In this document: in pieces, positions 12,040-23,719 of the stretch
How positions within the stretch are numbered: position 1 is the first letter of the stretch
Layout of the letters: every line of letters begins with the position of its first letter
Source of the DNA: Chiloscyllium plagiosum
Lineage: Eukaryota
DNA: 64,000 nt
Direction of reading: 5' to 3'
Assembly: GCF_004010195.1 (NCBI RefSeq)
Contig: NC_057759.1
Coordinates: forward strand, 1,347,212 to 1,411,211
Position numbers and translations under genes: made by a program
The notes under the pieces: model-generated
What the model saw: the letters and a program-made list of their open reading frames with translations, nothing else
What the model was told of the DNA's origin: nothing
Database searches by the model: none

Positions 12040-13562
12040 GAATGACAGCGTGATAAAGTGTGGGAAGTTATGCAATGGTATGAGAAAAATAGAGGCTTAG
12101 GCTGTTTTCTAAATGGCAAAAGGTTTCCGAAATCTGATGTACAAGGGGACTTGGGAGTCCAAGTTCAGGACTCAGGAAAAAGACATTTTTTTTCGAACCC
12201 AATATTGAGATACAGGCTATGAGATTCAACGGGATTGAGGTTAAAAAGGAGATGTTACCGGTTCTGGAAAGAGTAAAAATAGATAAGTGTCCTCGGCCGG
12301 ATGGGATTTATCCTAGTATTCTCTGGGAAGCTAGGGAGGAGATTGCAGAGGCTTTGATTTTAATGTTTCTGTCGTAATTGTCAACATGAATAGTGCCAGA
12401 AGACTGGAGGATTGCAAATGGTATCTCCTCATTCAATTAGGGGACGAGAGACAACTCTGAGAGGAAGGTTTGAGGTGATTCCCATTTGAAGGAGTAACAG
12501 CGATGCAGAGTAATGGGCTAATGGTAGTGTAGAAGAGCAGAGAGATCTCGGTGTCCATGTACATAGATCCCTGAAAGTTGTGACTCAGGTTGTTAGGTTT
12601 ATTAAGAAGGCGTATAGTATGTTACCTTTTATTGGTTGAGCGTTTGAGTTTCGGAGGCATGAGGTTATGTTGCAGCTTTACAAAACTCTGGTGCTGCCAC
12701 ACTTGGGGTATTGTGTGCAGTTCTGGTCGCCACATTATGCGAAGGATGTGGAAGTACTGAAAAGAGTGCGGAAGAGGTTTACCAGGATGTCGCTTGGTCT
12801 CGAGGGAAGATCTTATGAGAAAAGGCTCAGGGACTTTAAGATGTTTTTGTTCGAGAGAAGAAGGTTAAAAGGTGACTTAGCAAATAGAACTTAGAACAAC
12901 ACAATGCAGAACAGGCCCTTCGGCTCTCGATGTTGCGCCGATCTGTAAACTATTCTCAGCTTGTCCCTCTACGCTATCCCATCATCATCCATGTGCTTGT
13001 CCAAAGATTGTTTAAAACTCCGTAATGTGACTACATTGACTGGTATGGCATTCCATGCCCTTACCACTCTGCGTAAAGAACCTGCTTCTGCCATCTGTCT
13101 TAAATCTATCACCCCTCACTTTGTAGTTATGACCCCTCGTATAAGCTGACGTCATCATCCTAGGAAAAAGACTTTCACTGTCTACCTTATCTAATCCTCT
13201 GATCATCTTGTATGTCTCTATCAAATCCCCTCTTAGGCTTCTCCTTTCCAATGTGAACAGACCCAAGCCTCCCAGCCTTTCCTCATAAGACCTTCCCTCC
13301 ATACCAGGCAACAGTTCCCTTTAGACCATGTAACTTGATAGAACATTGAAGGTGATCAGAGGATAAGATAGGGCGTATAAGAGAGCTTTTTTCCTCGAAT
13401 AGTGTTGGCAAGCACGAGGCGATATAGTTTTAAATTGAGGGTTGATAGATATAGGATCGATGTCAGAGGTACGTTCTTTACTCAGAGGGTAGTAACAGCA
13501 TGAAATATCCTGCCTGCAACAGTAGTAGACTCGCCAACATTCAGGGCATTTAAATGGTCATT

Positions 13563-13604
<42 letters not shown>

Positions 13605-13715
13605 ATGATCACAGATTAGTGTTGGTTGGATGAGGTTGAAATTGGTTTCACTGGTTGGTGCAACATCGACGGCTGAAGGGCCTGTACTGCGCTGTTACGT
13701 TCGATGTTCTCTTCA
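12040..13715 (+). mobile_element. CR1 LINE fragments with an antisense CR1 3' end nested at ~12885-13315
   Basis: DKCPRPDGIYPSILWE; LQLYKTLVLPHLGYCVQFWSPHY; nested minus ORF GLFTLERRSLRGDLIETYKMIRGLD. Confidence 0.9.
13565..13602. repeat. (AT)n microsatellite
   Basis: 19 AT units, perfect. Confidence 0.95.
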
Positions 13716-14695
13716 GGTTAACAGGTAGGTTCCGTTGGCAGTTAGCAAGGGAAATGTCATGTTATCATTGATTTCGAGAGGGATAGAATACATGAGCAGA
13801 GATGTACTGCTGGGGCTGCATAAGACTCTGGTCAGACCAGACTTCCCGTATCCTCCTAAGATCTGCGACGACTCTCTTCCCTGGTTATTGCATTGTCAAT
13901 TTGTGTGTCATCTGCAAAATCTGAAGTGCTGTCCTGTTAATTTCGAACTCCAGTTCATTTATATTGAAGAGGGAAAAGTAGTCTTGTTGACATGAACTCG
14001 TGTAGGATCGTGCACAGTAGCTCCCTCCAGTATGGAAGATTCATAATCTCTTCACTGTGTTCTGGCTCTGAGCTAATGTTGTATACATTCTGCTACAGAC
14101 ACATTAATCCCATGACTCATCCCAATTAAAATTTGATATATTCTCGCATCAAAGTGAAAGAATTGGACCTCGGCATTTCCATTTGTACAGTGCCCCCATC
14201 AGTCTTCATAGCATCCATATGATTGAGGTGAGTCAATTTTCCCAGCACCCTCCCTTGTCACATATAACACAGCGTTAGATATACAATAAAGCTGTCACTA
14301 ATCTGCACCTTTGTAAAGCTTAGGCAAATAGAGAATGGGGTTCGATATAATATAAAGCTCTGTCTGCATTGCATTTTTTTCAAATTCCCAGATCTATTTC
14401 AGCATTCAGTTAGATATTGATTAAATTACCCCAGACCATTCTGTCCCATCAAACTGTAGCCTAGATTTTCCTTCTACCAAAGTTCAAACAGCTGGGACGT
14501 TCTGAATAAATTTGCCTACATGACCCAGAATACCAAAATGGTCAAATCTGCAGGAACACAAGCCGATATCAATGAAAAATAGTCCTCATTTTATTAGGAA
14601 TAAAATAACAGGAACCTTCAATACTAAACCTACTGCCCGTCATCCTCTTTGACTCCTGAAGCTTCCAATACTTCTCCACTCTCTTGTAGACGTAT

Positions 14696-14930
14696 GCTGA
14701 AAAATTTGTTGCTGGAAAAGCGCAGCAGGTCAGGCATCATCCAAGGAGCAGGAGAATTGACGTTTCGGGCATAAGCCCTTCTTCAGGAATCAGGAATCGA
14801 TTCCTGAAGAAGGGTTTATGCCCGAAACGACGATTCTCCTGTTCCTTGGATGCTGCCTGACCTGCTGAGCTTTTCCAGCAACACATTTTTCAGCTCTGAT
14901 CTCCAGCATCTGCAGTCCTCACTTTCTCTT
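14696..14930. mobile_element. Palindromic Penelope-derived mini-element with hammerhead cores in both arms
   Basis: ~95-bp inverted arms centred near 14795. Confidence 0.85.
14755..14790 (-). ncRNA. Minimal hammerhead ribozyme motif
   Basis: Minus strand ATTC-CTGAAGA-A-GGGC-TTAT-GCCC-GAAA-CG-TC-AATT: intact CUGANGA/GAAA/UH core, 4-bp stem II, palindromic ACGU in place of stem III; stem I weak. Confidence 0.6.
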
Positions 14931-15914
14931 TTCTTCCTGGTAGATTTATACAGATGCTCCCTCTCTGGGTCCTTAAACTGTTGTTTTCCTTTCTCTCACT
15001 GGATAGTCAGCTGATCTCTGCTTCTCGTCATGCTGGTATCCGCTGATGGCCTCCAGAGAATTTGAAAATCATTCAGCAGAGTCCAAGAGTAAGGTCTGTA
15101 GGTAAACGTTGTTTTTATACCTTTTGGAACTTCCTATACTTCTGGCCAATAAGGGAGATACTCTCAATAGTTTGAAGCAAGAGTCAATCACTTAGATACC
15201 ATGCTATAACAGAACTTGGAGCCTTTCTGTCTGGGCTATCATTTGTTTAGTGGATACGTTGTTGGGGTACGTTTGTCCAGATTAATTTTTGCCTTTTTCA
15301 TTATGCTAATGACATTAGCACCCGGTTGCCATGCTTGCACCGTGCCTAGTCTGTGTGTTTTGTGATATTAGGGTCTTTGGCGATTGTACTCAGCATCCCT
15401 TGTTGTTTGGCCAAGTTAGCAATCTATCTGTGTTTCAGCAGGCAGGATGCTGCTGCAAAACACACTCAGGGCAGATAGATCACAGGTTTAGATGCAGAGT
15501 ACGTATCCCTTGACACCTTATCCATCTGAAACTCCCAGAATAGGTGGAGATGGTGTTAGTTACAGAGTACAGATCTGTACCATTAAACAGTCCGAGGTCA
15601 GTGACAGCTCTGATTAGATAGAGAGTAAATCTCCTCTGCACTGAACCCAACAAACACATCCAGGATACATAACGCTTTTTTTGAGACAGTGTAAAGCTGC
15701 TTCGATGATGTGACAATCAAAACTTTGAAGGGCAGGTATAATCTCACTTTAAGCCATCCCCTTCTGACACCACTATCCCGACACATGCACATCCGATCTC
15801 GACTGTGTTTAACATTATCACAAAGGACAGACATACTCCACAAATTCAACAAGTTCTTTGTTCGATTCTCGTTGTTCTGTTCTAATTCCCAATCAAATTC
15901 CTGACAGTAACTAT

Positions 15915-16445
15915 ACAGGAGTACACGAAGGTTTACCAGATTGATTCCTGGGATGACAGTGCTGTGCACTCGGAGATATTAAATGTGTTGATATTATTAT
16001 CACGGGAGATGAGAAGAATGAGAGGTATCTCATAAAAACCTATATAAATGTAACAGGGCTAGACAGGTTAGATAGAGGAAGGATGTTCATGATGGTGTGA
16101 GGGAGGGGAAGGGTTGGTTTTGGGAGCGTGGAGGGGAGTCCAGAATCAGGCATAATAGTTTTATAATTAGGGGTAAACCTTTCAGGATTGAGATGAGGAG
16201 AAATTACCTCACCTGGAAAGTGTCGGTCCAGTTGAATTCACTACCACATAAAGCAATTGAGGCCAAAACATTAGGTTTTCAAGAAGGAGGTATAAGTAAT
16301 GCTTGTGGCTGAAGGGATCAAGCGATATTAGGGGAAAGGGCAGGATAAAGGAATTGGGTGGATAATCAGCCATGATCATATAGCGTGGAGGAGACTCGAG
16401 GGGTCAAATGGCCCTGCATTGCTTCTGTCTTCTGTGTTTCTATTT
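15915..16445 (+). mobile_element. CR1 LINE 3' fragment
   Basis: RRFTRLIPGM; IRGKPFRIEMRRNYLT; tail GACTCGAGGGGTCAAATGGCC. Confidence 0.8.
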
Positions 16446-16899
16446 ACACATGGTCAAAGTTGCAACTATTTCGACACAATGTTATGATCCCGGCTGATAG
16501 CAATTGAACAGAAAGATTCGAGAGTAAAATCTGGCTTGATAGACCATAAATTTCTTTTTTTTAAATTTAACTTGTTGGTCACTGAACACATTTATGATGA
16601 CACTGCTAATGCTATTTGACCACAATAAATTATTTCATCCATTTTAAAAAAGAACAAAATGTATATGACAAGTTAGAAATCTTAACATAACATTGCAATA
16701 GTTGTAGACCAGACTAAACTCCTCGACAAATATAACAAGCAGATATTTAGAGGCAAGAGTATGGTGCTGCCTTCTGGATGTTATTTGATTGATTATACTA
16801 CTCGGATTTATGCAAAACAGACTTTATTCTTAACGTACAGTGACAATACAAGCAAAAGAAAAAAGAATTAAAATAACTAAATTCTATTTGAAAACTCGA

Positions 16900-17380
16900 T
16901 CTGCCATCCTCACCTGGGCTGACCTACATATGGCTCCAGATCCGCAGCAATATGGTTGATTCTAACTTGATTTCTGAAATAGCCTAGCAAGCCATTCTTT
17001 TGTACCAATAGCTACAAAGTTTCAAAGAAATGAAACCAGACGTATCACCTGTCATCAGATTTGCTCCAGAATATTTGAAACAGCACAGTCGAACATGTAA
17101 AGTTTTCCTCACTAAGATTCTGAGGCCAGTGCCAACATTTGGAGAGCAGTCTCATGGACCAGTCAACTAACAGCCTGATATCGTCAAACTCATAGAATCA
17201 TACCTTACAGTCAACGTCCCAAACACCAATATCACCATTCCTGGATATGTCCTGTCTCAGCAAAAGGACAGAACCAGCAGACGTGGCGGTACCATGATAT
17301 ACAAAGAGGATGGGATTGCTTTGTGAATCCTCAAAGTTGACTGCAGACCCCATGGATTCGTATGAGCCCAGCTTTAATAT
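16900..17380 (+). mobile_element. LINE 5'/AP-endonuclease fragment abutting the ERV LTR
   Basis: QPDIVKLIESYLTVNVPNTNITIPGYVLSQQKDRTSRRGG. Confidence 0.7.
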
Positions 17381-17388
17381 GGTGGTGC

Positions 17389-17908
17389 TGATGAAATTAA
17401 TTAAGCAGTTGGTGAGTCACTCGCAGCAGTTCAACTTTGGGAATCAATAAATCAAGATACACAAACCTTGAGTTATTGACTGTTTATTCATGAGCTTACG
17501 CAGAGAGACAGTTGACCTAATGGTCACTAGTCACTCTGCCGAGATACAGAGAGTTGCATGATTATATAGGTTACAATCATTTCACAATTAACAAACTGTG
17601 ATTTTAAGTATAATGAGCAGGTTAGGCACTTTGCCCAGTCACAAGACTCAGTCACGTAGTGTCTGGACAATGTTGGTTAGTAGCTGATAAGCAAGTGTCA
17701 GTATACAATCTGTTCTTACTATAGAAGCGCATTTCCAAGCTGGGAAAGGATTCGTTCATCAGGCATCAGTACAGCTGCAGAACCAACCAACTCACTGAGC
17801 CTGGAAAAGTACGAACTTAACAAGCAGGCTCTAATATGAGAATCCAAAATGATTTCCAGACTTTTAATGTGCGACAAAATGACTGCTTTGGATCTAAAAT
17901 TTCCTACA
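17389..17908 (-). mobile_element. ERV-A 3' LTR (~520 bp) preceded by polypurine tract
   Basis: On -: purine run GAAAAGACAAAAAAGGAAA, then TGTAGGAAATT...TATATAA (~17563-17569)...AATAAA (17483-17488)...AATTTCATCA. TG...CA ends with imperfect terminal inverted repeats. Confidence 0.75.
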
Positions 17909-18152
17909 AATGTTTCCTTTTTTGTCTTTTCACCAAATCGGGGTACGTTCAGATGAACGAGCAAAAGCAGGGACATACAGGCCCCAGGTGGGCTATCGGG
18001 TAATGGGGGTTTAGAGTCGTCCAGGTAACTGTCAGAGTCAGGATCACCAAGATCGAGAGAGTAGGAGTCAATCAAATCACCATCTGGTGGGGAAGTGTCA
18101 TAAACAGGAAGCTGTAAAGGCTGAGAAGAAACAGGGGTATTTGTCTCAGCAT

Positions 18153-19947
18153 GCTCCTGCCCCACTGAACTCATTTCTACCTACCTCTACACTGTCCTAT
18201 CCCCCCCAGTCCAGGAAATTCCCACATACCCATGCCCTCCATCTCCTTCAAGACATCAGTTTCCCCGACCCCAACGCCTCATCTTCACCATGGATATCCA
18301 GTCCCTCTACACCTCTATCCACCATGACCAGGGTCTCCAAGCCCTTCGTGTCTTCCTCTCCCGACGTCCCCACAGTACCCTTCCAACGACACACTCATTC
18401 GTTTGGCCGAACTGGTCCTCACCCTTAACAATTTCTCCTTTGAATCCTCCCACATCCTCCAGACCAAACGGGTAGCCATGGGCACCTGTATGGGCCCCAG
18501 CTCTGCCTGTCTCTTTGTTGGCTACCTAGAACAGTCCATCTTCCATAATTACACCGACACCACTCCCCACTCTTCCTCCGCTATATTGATGACTGCATTG
18601 GCGCCACCTCGTGCTCCTGCGAGGAGGATGAGCAATTCATCAACTTCACCAACACATTCCACCCTGACCTTAAATTTACCTGGACCATCTCTGACACCTC
18701 CCACCCCTTCCTGGATCTCTCCATTTCCATTAATGATGACCGAATTGACACCGACATTTTTTACAAACCCACCGACTCCCACAGCTACCTGGATTACACC
18801 TCTTCCCACCCTACCTCATGCAAAAATGCCATCCCGTATTCCCATCTCCTCCGCCTCCGCCGTATCCACTCCCAGAAGGACCATTTCCACCACAGAACAC
18901 ACCAGATGGCCTCCTTCTTTAGAGACAGCAATTTCCCTTTCCACGTGGTTAAAGATGCCCTCCAATGCATCTCGTCCTCATCCCACACCTCTGCCCTCAG
19001 ACCCCACCCGTCCAACCGTAACAAGGACGGAATGCCCCTGGTGCTCACCTTCCACCCTACCAACCTTCGCATAAACCGAATCATCCACCGACATTTCCGC
19101 TACTTCCAAATGGACCCCACCACCAGAAATATATTTCCCTCCCCACCTGCAAACACCGTTCCCTCCTTGACTACCTGGTCAGGTCCACACCCCCCTCCAA
19201 CCCACCCTCCCGTCCTGGCATCTTCCCCTGCCACCACAGGAATTGCAAAACCTGCGCCCACACCTCCTCCCTCACCTCCATCCAATGCCATAAAGGAGCC
19301 TTCCACATCCATCAAAGTTTTACCCGCACATCCACCAATATCATTTATTGCATCCGTTGCTCCCAATGCAGTCTCCTCTACATTGAGGAGACTAGACACC
19401 TCCTAGCAGAGCGCTTTAGGGAACATCTCCGGGACACCCGCACCAATCAACTACACCGCCTATGGCCCAACATTTCAACTCCCCCTCCCACTCTGCCGAG
19501 GACATAGAGGTCCTGGGCCTCCTTCACCACCGCTCCCTCACCACCCGACCCCTGGAGGAAGAACGTCTCATCTTCTGCCTCGGAACACTTCAACCCCAGG
19601 GCATCAATGTGGACTTCAACAGTTTCCTAATTTCCCCTTCCCCCACCTCACCCCAGTTCCAAACTTCCAGTTCAGCACTGTCCCCATGACTTGTCCTACC
19701 TGCCTATCTTCTTTTCCACCTATCCACTCTACCTCCTCCCTGACCTATCACCTTCACCCCCTCCCACACTCACCTATTGTACTCTATGATATTTTCTCCC
19801 CATCCCCATCCTCTTCTCATTTATCTCTCCACCCTTCAGGCACACTGCCTGTATTCTTGATGAAAGGCTTTTGCCAGAAACGTCGATTTTACTGCTCTTC
19901 GGATGCTGCCTGATCTGCTGTGCTTTTCCAGCACCACTAATCCATAT
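18153..19947 (+). mobile_element. 5'-truncated Penelope-like retroelement (RT and GIY-YIG endonuclease) inserted in the ERV env tail
   Basis: MDIQSLYTSI, VAMGTCMGPS, FRYIDD, NCKTC and IYCIRCSQCSLLYIEET (GIY-YIG); pyrimidine-rich 3' region with hammerhead-like core at ~19858-19887; flanked by TCAGCAT at 18146-18152 and 19948-19954 (candidate TSD). Confidence 0.9.
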
Positions 19948-19954
19948 TCAGCAT

Positions 19955-20288
19955 CAGTGGGGAGCAAAAACGGGCACAGCATTGTTTGTGGAAAATAATG
20001 CTAAGAGAGAGCAAAATAAAAATCAACGAGAACCATATAGTCTCTGCAGGAGTGTAGAAACCCATAGGCCAAGCAAACAACTCATCCAAGTCCTAAAATC
20101 CCAATGGGCTTTAGTGTCATGTAGGGAGGAGGCCGCATTGTGAATATGTGCGGCAATGTTCGTAATGTTCTCACTGGAGTCAGGGATGGAGTTACAGCAG
20201 TCAGATCCAATAATGACGCAAGTACATCCGTTATCAGCCAAGCGGTAGACGAAAGCCATGCATTTTTGGAGAGAAATGGTCCAGACAA
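19955..20288 (-). pseudogene. env: ERV-A env TM remnant (immunosuppressive domain, CX6CC, membrane anchor)
   Basis: TISLQKCMAFVYRLADNGCTCVIIGSDCCNSIPDSSENITNIAAHI, compared with the consensus LQNRMALDYLLA..GG.C......CC.YIPD; CX6CC at 20194-20220. Anchor FSLIFILLSLSIIF-HKQCCARFC follows a frameshift. Confidence 0.9.
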
Positions 20289-20289
20289 G

Positions 20290-21984
20290 CAAGGACTTAA
20301 TGACATCACAGGCTCTAAAAAGAGACAGTGCAAGATAGCAGGCAATGGTGCATCCCTCCCAGATAGTCTCAACGCCTTCTATACTCGCTTTGAGCAGAAT
20401 GTCGGCGGAGAGGTAACACCTATTTTGACAAGTCCTGACGAATCTTTCCCAAGAGCCACTGCATCAGAAATCAGATCAGTTTTTCTTCCTGTGAATCCAA
20501 GGAAAGCGATCGGACCAGGCAGAGTACCAGACTGTACACTCAAAATATGTGTAGATCAACTCGTAGAGGTCTTCCCGGACATCTTCAAACTCTCCCTGCA
20601 GCAGGCCACTGCCCTGTCTGTTTCAAGAGGACCAACATCATCCCTGTGCCTAAGAAGGCTGATACAGCATGTCTCAATGACTATCGCTCAGTGGCCCTAA
20701 CTCAGTGGTCAGGAACTGCTTTGAAACGCTGGTCATGGCATTAATCAACTCCAGACTCCCTACTATTGTCGACGCATTCCAATTTGCCTGTTGGTCCAAG
20801 AGATCCACGTCAGATGCCATATCTCTTGCCTTTCACCCCTCCCTAGAACATCTTGACACCAAGAACAGCGATGTAAAAATCCTTCTCATTAATTACGGTT
20901 CACACTATTACACAATTATCCCCTCGAGTCTGATTACTAAACTTAGTGATGTCGGACTAAGTCCCACTCTTTGCAAGTGGATCTTCAGTTTCCTGACCCA
21001 CAGACCACAATCAGTGAAAATTGGGGGCTATATTTCATCCTCACTAACATTCAACACTGGAGACCCTCAGGTGTGCGTACTCAGCATCCTACTGTTGTCA
21101 CTGTATACCCATGGCTGCGTCGCCAAATACCAGACGAATGCCATTTGCAAGCTTGCTGATACACCACCATTGTCAGTCGAATCTCAGATGGCAACGAAAC
21201 AAAATACAGACGGGAGGTGGAAGACCTGGAAAAATAGTGAACAGAGAATAACTTAGCTCTCAATGCCAGCAAAACCAAATAACTCATTTTTTTTCCTTTC
21301 AGCGGGATGTTACTCATGCCCCCCTACACATTAACAGCACAGAGCTGGTTCGAGTGGAGTGTGTTAAGCTCCTGGGAGTGGTCATCAACAACAAGCATTC
21401 TTAGAATCTTCATGTGGATGCAATGGCGAAAAGGCCCAACAACGTCTCTTCTTCCTCAGGCAGCTGAGAAAATTTGGCATGACAGCAAATACCCTTGCCA
21501 ACTTTTATAGGTGCCTCATCGAGAGCATTGTGTCTGGTTGTATCAATACCTGGTATGGAATCTGCATTATTCAAGATAGGAGACGGTTACGGAGAGTAGT
21601 GAACTCGGCCCAGACAATCACGAAGGCCATCCTCCCATCTATAGAATCCATCTCCCAGGCCCCCAGTGAAGGATAGGCTGCCAGCATTCTCAAAGATCCA
21701 TCTCACTCTGGCAAAGATTTTCTACAACCTCTACCATCGGGAAAAGGTACAGAGGCCTGAACGCATGCACCAGCCGGTTTCTACTCTACTGTTGTTAGAA
21801 TACTGAATAGACTCACAAACTCTTAGCATTTACCTGTACCTGTGTTTTTGATTTTTGCCGCTGTTTACCTTTTATTTACTTATCTATGCTATTTAACTAT
21901 GTGATCTGCCTGTATTTCTCGTAAGACAAAGCTTTCACTGTGCGTCAGTACACGTGGCAATAAGTTCAATTCAATTAGATTCAG
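20290..21984 (+). mobile_element. 5'-truncated Rex1/Babar-type LINE inserted in ERV env
   Basis: QGLNDITG...LPDSLNAFYTRFE, NPRKAIGP, IIPVPKK..ACLNDYRSVALT, NFYRCLIESIVSGCINTWYG, RRRLRRVVNSAQTI; ends in an AATTC/ATTCA-type repeat tail. Confidence 0.85.
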
Positions 21985-22036
21985 TCCCAATGCTTCCATA
22001 TGCTTCCTGTAATGGGGCGACCAGAACTGTACACAA

Positions 22037-22660
22037 TGGGACAAAAGGACAACGTAACTTTAATAAAAACAGCCAGTCCAGGAGGTAGGCAGCCAGGGGT
22101 AGGCCTTTTGCCCCCAAATGAAATCACTGCCAACAAATGATTGCATTGGGTCCCAGTCTAAAAGGTGGCAAAAGAGGAATTATTGGCAGTCTTGTTGGAA
22201 ACACAGTGATTAATTATGCTTCTGTCCACAGTATAGCGGTAAACAGACAAAGAAAGGAGGATGTAGTGAAGGCATTTAATGAATCCAGCTTGCTATTCTG
22301 AAAGATGGTTGCTTTTAGTACTTCCTAGGGATGTACTCTTGGCCGTGGCAATGGTAAGGAACAAGCATGAGAGCTTATGCTGATTGCCAATGGATTTTGT
22401 AACAGCAGCACAACGACCCTGATGCAACTACGATTCATTACAGCAGGGTCAGATTCATTAAAAGGTATGGATCTCAGAAGGATCCCTCCCTTGGAATAGA
22501 TTAGAATATGGGCACAATCCCAGCAGCTAGAGCGCTTTAACTTATGTGCTTAAAGGGTATGCCATGTAAAGAAAGCTGTTGAAATGTAATTCTGTTTTGT
22601 TAGAGGCCACTAGGCTGTCCACACTGCACAAGATCAAACTGAGCCATTCATAGAGAAGGC
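22037..22660 (-). pseudogene. env: ERV-A env SU remnant
   Basis: NSFLYMAY.../SSCWDCAHILIYSKGGILLRSIPFNESD (CXXC at 22514-22525) and DFIWGQKAYPWLPTSWTGCFY*SYVV, matching the gamma-type env CWxC and CG..AY..LP..WTG.CYL motifs. Confidence 0.85.
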
Positions 22661-22699
22661 TGATTATGTGTCTCTGACGGTGTTCCTACAGGGTAGCGC

Positions 22700-23710
22700 T
22701 CTTCTGCATTGCGTCCGGTGCGCCCATGCGGCTGCCCCATGACTTTGCTGAATGGGTGACCAGCAGGACTAGGAACGGGCCTTTCCAACTCGGCTCCAAT
22801 TTGCCCCGTTCCTAATTCTTAGGTTTGACGCGCATGTGAAGTAAACTTTGAAGACTTTTGGTTAACTGATGCAAATATTTCCCACTCGTTCAATACTATA
22901 GTGGCAGCTGTATCAGTTATTGGTATAATTTTGTCTCATCTGCGAAATGCATCTACTATTATTAGACAATATTCATAACAATGTGCGCGAGGTACTTGTA
23001 TATAAACAAGTTGTAAACAAGTAAAAAGACCCACCAGGCAAGGCATTGGTTAATAACTGCAGGGCATCCCTCTTACAGCATGTGTCGTGTCTGCATATAA
23101 ATTGAACACACTTCAGCTCTTTTCCTCGCTCGTTTCTGGAAATCTGAGTGCCCCCAAGTTTGTAGTAGAGTATTAACCATTCCCTCTTGGCCCAGGTATG
23201 TACAAATATGCACATAATCCACTAAAACAGGCAGCAGCAAAGAAGGAAAACAAACTTGTCCAGCAGGGGTCATCCACATTTTGGTTTGAATATCCTATTT
23301 TAGTTCATAGCTTGTGCCCTTCAGCAGGGAGCTTCTCCTGTAATTTATGTACCTTACTCAAGTCGGGCATACTTCTCCTCATATTATCTCTATCCGCATT
23401 TTACTGGGGACCCAAAAGGACAAGAGGTTTGAGGTGTAAGGCTCCCTGCTTGGCAGCAGCATTTACCTGCTCATTCCTTCGGAGGCTTTATCACTTGCTT
23501 CAGCGTGAGCCGAACATCTTGATAACTGCCTGATTGATTGGACAAAACAGCATTACTATTATGCTTCCACGTGAAGGTTAAACATCCTTTATGTTCTCAC
23601 AAGGCTCCGTAATCGTGGTTACACCATAATCACAACGACGAATCACTGCACATTAGCAGATTTTCCTTTTGATAGGATGCAAGCATGTCGATCCCCACTT
23701 TAGCTCCAAG
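22700..23710 (-). pseudogene. pol: ERV-A pol remnant (RNase H and partial integrase; protease and RT absent)
   Basis: Read across frameshifts: RNase H ACILSKGKSANVCSDS..YGV.HDYGAL*EHKGCLT and AVIK/CSAHAEASDKASEG/NEQVNAAAKQGA; integrase HHCC-like VHICTYLGQEGM...CSIY; core start FTCLQLVYIQVPRAHCYEYCLIIVDAFRR*; C-terminal KLEPSWKGPFLVLLVT (22761-22800). Confidence 0.88.
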
Positions 23711-23719
23711 GTAACATTA

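Noticed and set aside
14460..15330. Gypsy-like internal fragments here and at ~62940-63900, and an LTR-like piece at 16480-16900
   Set aside because: Too decayed to support with a clear motif.
19955..22660. Domesticated (syncytin-like) env gene
   Set aside because: Stops, frameshifts, mutated ISD, missing furin/fusion region and LINE insertion.
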